Positions 52,066 through 61,511 of a stretch of 64,000 bases of DNA are shown in pieces (positions within the stretch are counted from its first letter, which is position 1; each line of letters starts with the position of its first letter). The notes below the pieces were generated by a model. That model was not told the origin of the DNA and ran no database searches. It saw only the letters and a list, made by a program, of their open reading frames with translations. This DNA comes from Bryobacterales bacterium (GTDB taxonomy: Bacteria; Acidobacteriota; Terriglobia; Bryobacterales; Bryobacteraceae). The position numbers and the translations under genes are program-made. The stretch covers positions 478,846 through 542,845 of the forward strand of contig CAWCDJ010000007.1 of NCBI GenBank assembly GCA_963794265.1, written 5' to 3'.

Positions 52066-52140
52066 CTGCGCTCCTTCTTTCGTCTGATAGAGACGCTTAC
52101 ATTGTAACCCGCGTTACTGGCCGCGGGGCGGCTAATCGCT

Positions 52141-52614
52141 TTACATCGGCTCGTGGCAGAAATTGCAGTCGATGCTCACCTTCTTCGCCTGGTGGCATTT
52201 CATGCAGCCCCCCATCGTGATGTCGCCCTCTCGCGACAACTGGTCCTCCCCGGCCACATTTCCGTGGCATTCCTCGCACGTGTTTCCAGCCGCCAGGTGT
52301 TTGCGGTGGCTGAAATCCACGTAGGACGGAATCTGGTAAACCCTCGCCCAGGGGAGCGGGCGCGATTCCTTCGCGAACTGCGCCAGTTTCCGGATCGCCG
52401 GACTGCCGGCCTTGATGGCCGAATGGCACTGCATGCAGGTCGAAGCCGGCACGATGGTCATGCTCTCGCCGGGGTCCGGATTCGGATGGCACATTTTGCA
52501 TTCGAGCTTCATGGTTCCCGCGTGCTGCTTATGACTGAACGGGATCGGCTGCTCCGGGGCATCCGCCGCCCACAGGCAGCAGGCCAGGGAGACCACCAGC
52601 AGCAGCGGCTTCAC
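52141..52614 (-). CDS. pentahaem c-type cytochrome (cytochrome c3 family-like), secreted
   Basis: GTG 52614 overlaps the GMC gene TGA (GTGA). Signal [17 protein letters not shown]. Five CxxCH motifs (CKMCH, CMQCH, CEECH, CMKCH, CNFCH) occur in 157 aa, plus FSHKQH/FSHRKH distal-His-like pairs. The 408-aa track ORF is this gene plus an out-of-frame overlap of the GMC gene. Confidence 0.85.
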   Translation of the reverse strand: MKPLLLVVSLACCLWAADAPEQPIPFSHKQHAGTMKLECKMCHPNPDPGESMTIVPASTCMQCHSAIKAGSPAIRKLAQFAKESRPLPWARVYQIPSYVDFSHRKHLAAGNTCEECHGNVAGEDQLSREGDITMGGCMKCHQAKKVSIDCNFCHEPM

Positions 52615-54173
52615 AGGTTCCCCGCGCGCATCTGCCCAGCCAGGTATTCGGAAGCCCGCAAGGAAAGCGACAGAATCGTCATGGTCGGATTCTGCGAGCC
52701 GCCGGTCACGAAACTGCTGCCGTCCACTACGAACAGGTTCCGGATGTCGTGGCTCTGGTTCCAGCGGTTGAGGACGCTGGTCTTCGGGTCTTCGCCCATG
52801 CGGCAGGTTCCCAGTTCGTGGATGCTGTAGCCCGGCGGAAACATCTTGTCGTTCTTGTTCAGTACTTCCCAGCCCGTGCCGCGGCACACCTCGGCCAGGG
52901 TGTCGACGGCGTCTCTGGCCATGTGGAATTCGTTGTCGCCGTACTTGTACTGGAAGTTCAGCACCGGGATGCCCCACGCGTCCTTCACGTCTTTGTCGAT
53001 GCTCACCCGGTTTTCGTAGCGCGGCAGCACTTCGCCCATCGCGGTCGCGGAGAATGCCGCGCCGCGTGCGTTCGCGATCTGCCTTTCCAATTCCTCGCCC
53101 CACGCCCCGAAATACTTCGGGTCCGGCGTTCCTCCAATGTTGAAATCGAAAGCGTACCCGCGGAGGAAATCGCGCTTCTCGCCTTTGGCCAGGTTGCGGA
53201 ACCTCGGAATGTAGCCGCCCCCGCGCACGCCCCTTCCGCCGCGCGCTTCGGGTACGATCGCCAGCACGCTGCTCGAAATGTAGAACTGGTCGTGCAGATA
53301 GCGACCCAGCACGCCGCTCGAATTGGCGATGCCGGAATTGAGCAGAATGCGCGTGCTCTCCAGGCACGAAGCGCCGAGCACCACTGCCTTGGCCTTCACG
53401 TGCAGTTCGCGCCCCGAGAGCTTGTCGTGATAGTGAGCCCCGTTGACGCGGCCGGTATCCCTCTCGACGGTGATTTCGCGGACCACCGCGTTAGGCACCA
53501 GCGTCAGCTTGCCGCTGGCCACGGCGTCCGGTAGCAGCAGGTTGAGCGAACTCGCGAGCGGCCCGTTCCCGGTGGCGCGGCGCATCTTGGTCACCGTCAT
53601 GCCCGCGCTTTTGGCGGACGCGGCGAACTTCTTCACGATCTCGCTGTCCGGTGAATCGTCCTCGATGAAGTTGCCGTCCGGCAATTGCGGCAGGCCCTCT
53701 TTGCGCCCCACCACGCGGAAGACGGGCTCCACCCTGGAATAAAACGGCGCAAGGTCGGCATAGCTGATCGGCCAATTCTCGCCGAAACCGTCGTGGTCCC
53801 TGGCCTTGAACTCATAGTCGCTCAGCCGGAAAGACATGCGCGCCCAGAAGTTCGACTTGCCGCCGATCATCCGCACCCGTACCCAATTGAAGGGTTCCCC
53901 GGGGCTATGGGTGTAGGGCACCTGGGTTTCGTCGACCCACTGGTTCGCATTGAACTCGTTGGCCTGGAGAACGTGCGGCAGGCGCCCCGGCTTGCCGAAG
54001 CCGCGGTAGGGCAGGTCGTAGACCGCGCGCATGACGCGGTCCTTCTGGAAATCCACCTGCGGCCCGGCATCCAGCAGCACGCAGTCAACGCCCATCTTCG
54101 TCAGTGTGTTGGCGGCCATCCCTCCGGACGCGCCGGAGCCGATGATGAGAACGTCGTACACTTTGGCAGCCAT
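52611..54173 (-). CDS. GMC family FAD-dependent oxidoreductase (large flavoprotein subunit)
   Basis: N-terminal [22 protein letters not shown] motif and a C-terminal GMC block ([37 protein letters not shown]). Confidence 0.9.
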   Translation of the reverse strand: MAAKVYDVLIIGSGASGGMAANTLTKMGVDCVLLDAGPQVDFQKDRVMRAVYDLPYRGFGKPGRLPHVLQANEFNANQWVDETQVPYTHSPGEPFNWVRVRMIGGKSNFWARMSFRLSDYEFKARDHDGFGENWPISYADLAPFYSRVEPVFRVVGRKEGLPQLPDGNFIEDDSPDSEIVKKFAASAKSAGMTVTKMRRATGNGPLASSLNLLLPDAVASGKLTLVPNAVVREITVERDTGRVNGAHYHDKLSGRELHVKAKAVVLGASCLESTRILLNSGIANSSGVLGRYLHDQFYISSSVLAIVPEARGGRGVRGGGYIPRFRNLAKGEKRDFLRGYAFDFNIGGTPDPKYFGAWGEELERQIANARGAAFSATAMGEVLPRYENRVSIDKDVKDAWGIPVLNFQYKYGDNEFHMARDAVDTLAEVCRGTGWEVLNKNDKMFPPGYSIHELGTCRMGEDPKTSVLNRWNQSHDIRNLFVVDGSSFVTGGSQNPTMTILSLSLRASEYLAGQMRAGNL

Positions 54174-54194
54174 AATTTTCCCTTCTAGCGTTCT

Positions 54195-54812
54195 CTACTC
54201 GAAAGGCAGCCAGTAGAACCCGCGAGCGCCGAAGCGCCGCCCGCCGCCGGCAGCTGCGCCGGCCTGGTTGTACTCCCGGGAGTTCACGGTCGCGGTGTAG
54301 ACGTCGTGCTTGGCTTCGCGCAGAAAGTGCGCCAGTGGATCGGCGGGCGCTTCGTAGGTCCACGGCTCCCGCAGCGGCGCCAGAATCGTCGCCGCGTCGG
54401 AATCGCCGGCTTCCGAAAATGGACGGCTGGAGCGCTTCATCGCCGCCGCATTCAACGCGTCCAGGCCGCCGCGATAGAGCTGCTGGCGGTCCGCGGGCGA
54501 AACGGAGATCAGGAAATCGAGAAACTCCGGCACCTTGGCATCCAACGCTCCCGGCGTGCCGTTCAGGGACGGCTGAAGAAGGTCGCTGAGCTTTCGCAGC
54601 GCGGAATATTGCCCGGCTGTGAAGAATTGCGGGATCGGGTCCCCCGCGAGATCGACAGCCGCGGTCTGGAGCTGCGGAATTTCCATGGATCCGCCGGGCA
54701 TTCCGGCGGACCGCCCGGACGGATTCCGGGGAGCTGCGGGCGGCTGCTGCGCCAGGAGTGCGCCGGCGGCAGGAGCGGCAGCCAGGGATTGAAAAAAGCG
54801 CCTGCGTTTCAT
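54195..54812 (-). CDS. gluconate 2-dehydrogenase subunit 3-like small subunit with Tat signal
   Basis: MKRRRFFQSLAAAPAAGALLAQ twin-arginine signal. ~200-aa protein directly upstream of a GMC flavoprotein, which is the usual pairing of this family. Confidence 0.75.
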   Translation of the reverse strand: MKRRRFFQSLAAAPAAGALLAQQPPAAPRNPSGRSAGMPGGSMEIPQLQTAAVDLAGDPIPQFFTAGQYSALRKLSDLLQPSLNGTPGALDAKVPEFLDFLISVSPADRQQLYRGGLDALNAAAMKRSSRPFSEAGDSDAATILAPLREPWTYEAPADPLAHFLREAKHDVYTATVNSREYNQAGAAAGGGRRFGARGFYWLPFE

Positions 54813-54896
54813 GCTTGAATTCTATCAAGTTCCCGGCCAATCGCGCCCCCAAGTTGAGCAGAGCAGTTCCATTGGCGGTGAGCAGGATGTTAGAGT

Positions 54897-56123
54897 GTGA
54901 ATGTTATGAACACACCCTGGACGCCCATGCGGTGGCCCGCCAGTTGGAACAGTCCCTCCGCGTTGGCTCTGCTGAAGGGTACGAGCATCGACACGTTGCT
55001 CATTGAGAATAGCGAGAAGTTCGGGCCCGTGCGTGCCGCGGCCGAACAGAGCGGCCTGAAGGTGGTTCATACGGACGCTGCCCCGGATGGGGTCACGCGG
55101 ATCAAGGGGGAATGGCCGGGAGTCCGGGCCATGGACCGCAGCGAGGGCGCCGGACCGACGGGCGTGCCGTGGGTCGATTCCAACGGTTGGGCCGTGCGTC
55201 TGGCCGCGGCGCTCCAGCCGGGAGCGGCCGTATGGGTGGATGCGCCCCCGAAAGGCAACCCGCGCTACACGTCTGGCTCTTATCTGATCGCGATCGCCGA
55301 CGCGGCGTCGCGCGGCGGCCGCTGGATTATCTCTCTCGATGACGCGCTGGCAGCCGGACTTTCCAAACAGCAGCCCGATTCCCTGTCGGCATGGAAGACC
55401 ATCACCCAGACCGACGGATTCTTCGCGCAGCACAAGGAGTGGGCCGGCTACGTGCCGCGGGCCGTGGCCGGGGTGGTCTCCGATTTCACCGGCTCCAACG
55501 AATTCTTCAGCCGCGAGCTGCTGAACCTGATCGACCGCGCTGGGCTGAGTTACAGCATCCTGCCGAAAGGCAAACTCTCCGCCGCGGATCTCGCGGGGCT
55601 TCGCGCCGTTATTTACGCCGACGACACGCCGCCCCCGGACGCGGTGCGGAGGCAGATTGCGGCGTTCGTCCAGGCCGGCGGGCTCCTCATCACGGTTCCG
55701 AATTGGGGGAAGCCTACGGGCGCCACGGTGGATCAGCATCCGCGCTACGACATCCGCGCCTCCGGCAAAGGCCGCATCGCGACTTCGAAAGCGGAAGCCG
55801 CCGATCCCTACGAGATGGCCAACGACGTCGTGGTGCTGGTGAGCCATCGTTACGACCTGGTGCGCTTCTGGAACGGCGGCGCCACCGGCTCTTTCTACAC
55901 CGTCTCGCCCGACCGCAGCCGGGCCCTGGTGCACCTGCTCTTCTACGCAAACCGCGGGCCGGACGAGGCCAGCGTGCGGGTTGAGGGACGCTACCGAGCG
56001 GTGAAAGCGTGGACCGCGGCTGGGGAGGAAATCAAGAACGTCGGAGTGCTTACCCAGAAGGACGCGGTAGAATTGCACCTGCCGCAGGTACCGCAATACG
56101 TAGCCCTGGATTTCCAGGCATAG
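54897..56123 (+). CDS. hypothetical protein (no family recognised)
   Basis: 408-aa ORF with balanced amino-acid composition, whereas the antisense 442-aa ORF is R/G/P/H-rich shadow. GTG 54897 or ATG 54906. It ends 12 nt before the DUF362 gene. A GATase1/ThuA-like stretch (LRAVIYADDTPPPDAVRRQIAAFVQAGGLLI) is only a weak hint. Confidence 0.6.
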   Translation: MNVMNTPWTPMRWPASWNSPSALALLKGTSIDTLLIENSEKFGPVRAAAEQSGLKVVHTDAAPDGVTRIKGEWPGVRAMDRSEGAGPTGVPWVDSNGWAVRLAAALQPGAAVWVDAPPKGNPRYTSGSYLIAIADAASRGGRWIISLDDALAAGLSKQQPDSLSAWKTITQTDGFFAQHKEWAGYVPRAVAGVVSDFTGSNEFFSRELLNLIDRAGLSYSILPKGKLSAADLAGLRAVIYADDTPPPDAVRRQIAAFVQAGGLLITVPNWGKPTGATVDQHPRYDIRASGKGRIATSKAEAADPYEMANDVVVLVSHRYDLVRFWNGGATGSFYTVSPDRSRALVHLLFYANRGPDEASVRVEGRYRAVKAWTAAGEEIKNVGVLTQKDAVELHLPQVPQYVALDFQA

Positions 56124-56135
56124 CGAGGGGAGTTC

Positions 56136-57335
56136 ATGATCCGCTGCACACATACGCGCCGGGAATGGTTCCGGCAGGCCGCTGCCGGCCTATCGATTGC
56201 TTCTTTGCAGTCCCGCGCCGCCGAGGCCCCGGCGGCACCGGTGGCGGTCGCCCGCTGCCGCACCTACAACCCAAACGAGTTGCTTCCCGTGATGGCCAGG
56301 ATGTTCGATCAACTGGGTGGACTCGAGCGCCTCGTAAAGGGCAAAACGGTGGCGGTGAAGATCAACCTTACCGGGTCGCCCACGTACCGGTTGAAATATT
56401 TCCCGCTCGAAGATACGCACTACACGCATCCTCAGGTGATCGCCGCGGCGGCCCACCTCATGGGCCGCGCCGGCGCGCGGCGGATTCGGATTCTGGAGAG
56501 CCCCTGGTCTACCGCCGACCCGGTGCAAGAGTACCTCCTGCAAGCCAACATCGATCCGCGCATCATCCTGAACGCCGCGCCCAACGTGGAATTCGAAAAC
56601 ACGAACTACCTGGGAGACGCAAAGAAGTATGCGCGTCTCAGCGTGCCGTTTGGCGGATACGTCTTCCCGGCTTTCGACCTGAACCACTCCTACCAGGATT
56701 GCGACGTCTTCGTGAGCATCGGCAAATTGAAGGAGCACGCGACCGCCGGCGTCACACTCTCGATGAAGAACTGCTTCGGCATGACGCCCTGCACCATCTA
56801 CGGCACCGGCGCGGGAAAGGACGAGCCGTCGATCGTCCCGCGGGGAGGCCGCGACCTGATCCATGCCGGGTACCGCGGGCCCTCGAAGAGCGCGCCGCAG
56901 GAGAAAGATCCGAAGTCTCCGCGCGCCGACACCTGGCGCGTGCCGCGCACGGTTGTCGACCTGATTTCCGCGCGCCCGATTCACCTGGCGATTGTCGAAG
57001 GCATCCGGACCATGACCGGCGGCGAGGGCCCCTGGGTATCGCTCGATTCACAGATGGTCGCGCCGGGCGTGATCGTGGCCGGGCTCAACCCGGTGAACAC
57101 GGACGCTGTCTCGATGGCGCTGATGTCGTTCGACCCCATGGCGGTTCGCGGCACGCCGCCGTTCGAGCGCTGCGACAGCACCCTTCAACTGGCCGAACAG
57201 GCAGGTGCCGGAACGCGCGACTTGAAACGGATTGAAGTTATCGGAACGCCCATTGCCGAAGTTCGCTTCGATTTTGCGGGGATGCGCGAGCAGCGGAAGA
57301 AATCTCCGCACCGCGGCTACCCCATGCGCGGTTAG
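56136..57335 (+). CDS. DUF362 domain protein with Tat signal
   Basis: Twin-arginine signal HTRREWFRQAAAGLSIASLQSRAAEA. DUF362-like start VAVARCRTYNPNELLPVMARMFDQLGGLERLVKGKTVAVKINL. Confidence 0.8.
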   Translation: MIRCTHTRREWFRQAAAGLSIASLQSRAAEAPAAPVAVARCRTYNPNELLPVMARMFDQLGGLERLVKGKTVAVKINLTGSPTYRLKYFPLEDTHYTHPQVIAAAAHLMGRAGARRIRILESPWSTADPVQEYLLQANIDPRIILNAAPNVEFENTNYLGDAKKYARLSVPFGGYVFPAFDLNHSYQDCDVFVSIGKLKEHATAGVTLSMKNCFGMTPCTIYGTGAGKDEPSIVPRGGRDLIHAGYRGPSKSAPQEKDPKSPRADTWRVPRTVVDLISARPIHLAIVEGIRTMTGGEGPWVSLDSQMVAPGVIVAGLNPVNTDAVSMALMSFDPMAVRGTPPFERCDSTLQLAEQAGAGTRDLKRIEVIGTPIAEVRFDFAGMREQRKKSPHRGYPMRG

Positions 57336-57353
57336 GGCGACCCGTCTGAATTC

Positions 57354-58709
57354 ATGAATCCCCACTCCCGGAGCGCCGTCAGGCGGCGCTCCTTCCTGAC
57401 GGGCGCGGCTGCCGCCGTGGGTGCCGGCTTCTGGGCTGACCAGACCCTCGAAGCGCTCCCACAGAACGTAAATACGAACTCGAAACCTTCCGGGTTGAAG
57501 ATCACGGACCTGCGCGTGGCCACGATCGCCCGCGCTCCCATGACCTGCCCCATTATTCGCATCGATACGAACCAGGGTATCTACGGCCTGGGCGAAGTCC
57601 GCGACGGCGCCAGCAGGAATTACGCCCTGATGCTCAAGAGCCGTCTGCTGGGCGAAAACCCCTGCAACGTGGATAAGGTCTTCCGCAAGATCAAGCAGTT
57701 CGGCGGGTTCTCCCGGCAGGCCGGCGGAGTCTGCGGCGTGGAGATGGCGCTGTGGGACCTGGCCGGCAAAGCCTACAACGTGCCGGTGTACCAAATGGTC
57801 GGCGGCAGGTTCCGCGATAAGATTCGCTGCTACGCCGACACCACCGAATCGCACGACCCCAAAGTTTATGGCCAGCGCCTGAAGCTGCGCAAAGAGCAAG
57901 GCTTCACCTGGCTGAAGATGGACCTCGGGGTGGACCTTGCGGCCAATGTCCCCGGCGCGATCACGCACCCGGCGGATGTCAGCATCTCGCAGGGCGGGCG
58001 CGTGCAGCACATGTTCACCGGCATCGAGATCAGCGACAAAGGCCTGGGCCTCATGTGCGATTACGTAGCCAGCATCCGCGAGCAGGTGGGGATGGACATT
58101 CCGCTTTCGGCCGACCACTTCGGCCACATCGGCCTCAATAGCTGCATCCGGCTGGGCAAGGCCATGGAGAAATTCAACCTGGCGTGGCTCGAGGACATGA
58201 TCCCCTGGCAGTACACCGAGCTGCTCAAGAAGATTTCCGACGCCGTCGATATCCCTATCGCCACCGGCGAGGACATCTACCTCAAAGAACCTTTTATCGA
58301 GCTGTGCCGCAATCACGCGGTCGATATCATCCATCCGGATCTGGCCAGCTCGGGCGGCATCCTCGAGACGAAGAAGATCGGCGACGCGGCGCAGGAGTAC
58401 GGGGTGCCGATGGCGATGCACTTTGCCGGCTCGCCGATTTCCTGCATGGCGAACGTCCATTGCGCCGCCGCCACCGAGAATTTCCTGGTCCTGGAGAACC
58501 ACTCCGTCGATGTTCTCTGGTGGAACGACCTCGTCGAAGGCGTGGCGAAACCGATTGTCGACAAGGGATTCATTACCGTGCCCGACAAACCCGGACTGGG
58601 GGTCACGCTGAACGAAGAGGTGGTGAAGCAGCACCTGGCCATGCCCGGGTACTTCGAGCCGACGCCGGAATGGGACGTCGATCGTACGAACGACCGGCTA
58701 TGGAGTTGA
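57354..58709 (+). CDS. enolase-superfamily (mandelate racemase/muconate lactonizing family) protein with Tat signal
   Basis: Signal SAVRRRSFLTGAAAAVGAGFWA. MR/MLE blocks present (IIRIDTNQGIYGLGEV, CGVEMALWDLAGKAYNVPVYQMVGG, LKMDLG, SADHFGH, WLEDMIP, IATGEDIY, IIHPDL). Confidence 0.85.
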   Translation: MNPHSRSAVRRRSFLTGAAAAVGAGFWADQTLEALPQNVNTNSKPSGLKITDLRVATIARAPMTCPIIRIDTNQGIYGLGEVRDGASRNYALMLKSRLLGENPCNVDKVFRKIKQFGGFSRQAGGVCGVEMALWDLAGKAYNVPVYQMVGGRFRDKIRCYADTTESHDPKVYGQRLKLRKEQGFTWLKMDLGVDLAANVPGAITHPADVSISQGGRVQHMFTGIEISDKGLGLMCDYVASIREQVGMDIPLSADHFGHIGLNSCIRLGKAMEKFNLAWLEDMIPWQYTELLKKISDAVDIPIATGEDIYLKEPFIELCRNHAVDIIHPDLASSGGILETKKIGDAAQEYGVPMAMHFAGSPISCMANVHCAAATENFLVLENHSVDVLWWNDLVEGVAKPIVDKGFITVPDKPGLGVTLNEEVVKQHLAMPGYFEPTPEWDVDRTNDRLWS

Positions 58710-58823
58710 TCCGCCCCGCGGCGGTGATTTTCATCACAGCATCACGCTTCGTGGGAGTGTGAGCGCACACACGCTCTGAAATCCTGTCGTTTTGCCCGCA
58801 CGTCCAATCATTAGGAGGTGCAG

Positions 58824-59384
58824 ATGACGAAAGTGACGGGAATTTGCGTAGTGGCGCTCGTGCTGGCTGCGGTGCCCGGGCTTCGGGCCCAGGCCATGAA
58901 TTCCGCTGGCCGCTCGGTCAATCCCAACGCGGCCGGAACAGCTCGCATCGAACGCGAAGTGCGGCACGAACTGGTGATGCTGCCCTACTACGGCGTGTTC
59001 GACAACCTGGAGTACCGGGTGGATGGTTCCACGGTAACTCTGCTCGGCCAGGTCACGCGCCCGACTTTAAAAAGCGACGCGGAGAACGTCGTCAAGGGAA
59101 TCGAAGGCGTACACGCCGTCGTGAACCAGATCCAAGTGCTTCCGCTATCCCCGATGGACGACCGTACCCGCCTCGCGGAATACCGTGCCATCTACAGCGA
59201 TCCGAGCCTGCAAAAGTACGCTCTAGAGGCCATTCCGCCGATCCACATCATCGTGGACAGCGGGAAAGTGACGCTGGTCGGTGCGGTGGCCGGCCAGATG
59301 GACAAAAACCTGGCGGGAATCCGCGCCAATTCGGTGCCCGGAGTTTTTTCGGTGACTAACGACCTGAGAGTGGATAAGCGGTAA
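58824..59384 (+). CDS. BON domain protein (two BON modules), secreted
   Basis: ATG 58824 lies 5-6 nt after TAGGAGG (the track start 58818 is GTG). Signal MTKVTGICVVALVLAAVPGLRAQA. BON-like YRVDGSTVTLLGQVTRPTLKSDAENVVKGIEGVHAVVNQIQV and VDSGKVTLVGAVAGQMDKNLAGIRANSVPGVFSVTNDLRV. Confidence 0.85.
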   Translation: MTKVTGICVVALVLAAVPGLRAQAMNSAGRSVNPNAAGTARIEREVRHELVMLPYYGVFDNLEYRVDGSTVTLLGQVTRPTLKSDAENVVKGIEGVHAVVNQIQVLPLSPMDDRTRLAEYRAIYSDPSLQKYALEAIPPIHIIVDSGKVTLVGAVAGQMDKNLAGIRANSVPGVFSVTNDLRVDKR

Positions 59385-59393
59385 AGCGAAAGC

Positions 59394-59413
59394 GGGGCAG
59401 GCTATCCTGCCCC
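59394..59413. terminator. hairpin between convergent BON and VWA genes (possible bidirectional terminator)
   Basis: GGGGCAGG-CTAT-CCTGCCCC is an 8-bp perfect stem. The flanks are T-rich on the minus-strand reading (GCTTTCGCTTT) and moderately T-rich on the plus strand (ATTCCATTT). Confidence 0.55.
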
Positions 59414-59420
59414 ATTCCAT

Positions 59421-60542
59421 TTACTTATCCGCGCCCTTCGGGGCCAGCCAGTATCCCGGCCGGGTCTGAACCCGCTTCACTTCCGGTCTTCCGGTCACGT
59501 CCACGACGATCTCGTGGAATCCACCCTCGTCGCGGTTGTTGGGCGCGTAGGTGATGAGGTACTGGCTGTGCAGTTCTTCACCCACCCGCTCGATCGCCTG
59601 CTCCAGGCTCTTCTGACTGTGGAAGCCGAACTCGCTGCCGCCGGTGCCTTTCGTGAAGAGTTCCACGGGGTTGTCCCTGAAGACCGCTTTCGCGTCTTTG
59701 AAGAGCTCCACCATGAGCGGGATGAACTCGGCGCGGCCGGCGTTGTAGCCATAGGTCTGGGCCACGGTGGTCGGCGTGGACGGCATGCCTCCCGGCAGGG
59801 GATGCATGGCGGGCGGCAGATTATCGGGCCGGCCCACGGGCGTCGGGGCCGTCAGCGTGGTCATGAAGCGCGACATATCCACCGAGTAGAACGCGATGTT
59901 CTGAATCTGCAGCCCGATCAGCGCTTCCCGCACCCGGTTTTCGCTGCCGATGTCGCGCGTCTCGCCGATCGCCAGAATGATGCGCCGCCGGTTCTTGGGA
60001 CGGTTGCGCAGCATGCGCGTGCCTTCCACCACAGCGTCGATCATGCGGTTGGACTGGCTTCCCGGATAGATCGTCTTCAGTTTGTCGGTGATTTTCTGCG
60101 GGTCGGAGGTAAAGTCCTGCATCACCCGGATGCGCGCGTCGTAAGCGATGAGCGCCACCTCGCCCTGGTCTCCAACTACAAGCGGCGCGATCAGATTGCC
60201 GATCCGCTTGACCTCCGGCAGCAGTCCCTCCACGTGGGAATTGGCTTGAACCAGCAGGACCAGGGAGATCGGGTTAAAGGAAACATCGACGTGAATATTC
60301 TGTTCCTTGCCATTGTCGAACAGGCGGAACTGGTCTGGCCGCAACCCGTCTACGCTATCGCCGTTGCGGTCGAAGACCAGCACCGGAGCGGAGACGTACT
60401 CCGCTCCCACACGGAAATGCAGCAGGTCTGCATCGGCGGCGGGCTCGGTTTGGGATGCCGGGGCGGGCGGTTTGGCCTGGTCGGAGGATTGCTGGGCGAG
60501 CGATAACCCGCAGAGAAACGTCGCGAAAATCAGTCGGTACAT
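59421..60542 (-). CDS. VWA domain protein (acidobacterial VWFA-related type), secreted
   Basis: Signal MYRLIFATFLCGLSLAQQ. VWA-like core (VSFNPISLVLLVQANSH, VALIAYDARIRVMQDFTSD, RRRIILAIGETRDIGS). Confidence 0.85.
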   Translation of the reverse strand: MYRLIFATFLCGLSLAQQSSDQAKPPAPASQTEPAADADLLHFRVGAEYVSAPVLVFDRNGDSVDGLRPDQFRLFDNGKEQNIHVDVSFNPISLVLLVQANSHVEGLLPEVKRIGNLIAPLVVGDQGEVALIAYDARIRVMQDFTSDPQKITDKLKTIYPGSQSNRMIDAVVEGTRMLRNRPKNRRRIILAIGETRDIGSENRVREALIGLQIQNIAFYSVDMSRFMTTLTAPTPVGRPDNLPPAMHPLPGGMPSTPTTVAQTYGYNAGRAEFIPLMVELFKDAKAVFRDNPVELFTKGTGGSEFGFHSQKSLEQAIERVGEELHSQYLITYAPNNRDEGGFHEIVVDVTGRPEVKRVQTRPGYWLAPKGADK

Positions 60543-60543
60543 T

Positions 60544-61041
60544 CTACTCCTGGCGGAGCGTCACATGCTCGGTTTCGCCTTTCAGCAGATCTAGCACGTG
60601 AGGCACCAATTCCACGATAGCATCCAGAGATTCCACGGCTGCCCGCGGGGACCCTGGTAGATTGACGATGAGCACCCGGCCGCGGGTTCCAGCAAGCGCG
60701 CGGGAGAGAGTGGCCAGCGGCGTGAACTTGCGGCCCTTCGAGCGCATTAATTCTCCGATTCCGGGGATTTCGCGGTCGAGAATCGCGCGCGTCGCCTCGG
60801 GGGTCACATCCCGGCAGGCCACGCCGGTGCCTCCGGTGGTGAAGATGGCCGAGACCTGGTCTCCATCGGCGAGGGTGGCAAGCCGGCCGCCGATTTCCGC
60901 CGCCTCGTCCGGAATCACTTCCATCACCGTGACGCTCCAGCCCAGCTGTTCCAACCGGTCACGAACGGCCGGCCCCGAACGATCCACGCGAGTGCCCGCG
61001 CTGACCGAATCGCTGATTGTCAACACCGCGGCATTGATCAT
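60544..61041 (-). CDS. mogA: molybdenum cofactor biosynthesis protein MogA/MoaB family
   Basis: [39 protein letters not shown] and [11 protein letters not shown] motifs. Overlaps the moaC stop. Confidence 0.85.
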   Translation of the reverse strand: MINAAVLTISDSVSAGTRVDRSGPAVRDRLEQLGWSVTVMEVIPDEAAEIGGRLATLADGDQVSAIFTTGGTGVACRDVTPEATRAILDREIPGIGELMRSKGRKFTPLATLSRALAGTRGRVLIVNLPGSPRAAVESLDAIVELVPHVLDLLKGETEHVTLRQE

Positions 61042-61511
61042 AACTTTGCCTCCCGCCGGAAATCCCCGCTCTTTCCACCGGTCTTTTCGAGAAGATAAAG
61101 GTCCTGGATCTCGATCGACTTATCAAGCGCTTTGATCATGTCGTAGACCGTGAGCGCCGCCACCGCGGCCGCCGTTAACGCCTCCATCTCCACACCGGTT
61201 TGCGCGGTGGTGGCTGCGCCGGCGACGATGCGGATGCCGCTCTCTTCGACCGTGAGATCCACATCCGCGTGCGACAGCGGCAGCGGATGGCACAGCGGTA
61301 TCAGCTCGGCGGTGCGCTTGGCCGCCATTATGCCCGCCACCCGCGCAACCTCGAGCGGATTGCCCTTGGGGTTGTCCGGAAGCTTCCCGAGAACCTCGGG
61401 TGCGATGCGCACAAACGCGTGCGCTCGCGCCGTCCGGCGTGTCCCGGCCTTGCCGGAGACATCCACCATGCGGGGCGTGCCTGCCTGGTCGTAATGGGAG
61501 AGCTTGTTCAT
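61038..61511 (-). CDS. moaC: cyclic pyranopterin monophosphate synthase
   Basis: MoaC blocks: [79 protein letters not shown]. Confidence 0.95.
   Translation of the reverse strand: MNKLSHYDQAGTPRMVDVSGKAGTRRTARAHAFVRIAPEVLGKLPDNPKGNPLEVARVAGIMAAKRTAELIPLCHPLPLSHADVDLTVEESGIRIVAGAATTAQTGVEMEALTAAAVAALTVYDMIKALDKSIEIQDLYLLEKTGGKSGDFRREAKL

Noticed and set aside
52141-53367. A 408-aa minus-strand ORF spanning the cytochrome and part of the GMC gene.
   Set aside because: The N-terminal 250 aa are an alternative-frame read-through of the GMC oxidoreductase gene (Arg/Gly/Pro-rich). The real gene is the 157-aa pentahaem cytochrome starting at GTG 52614.
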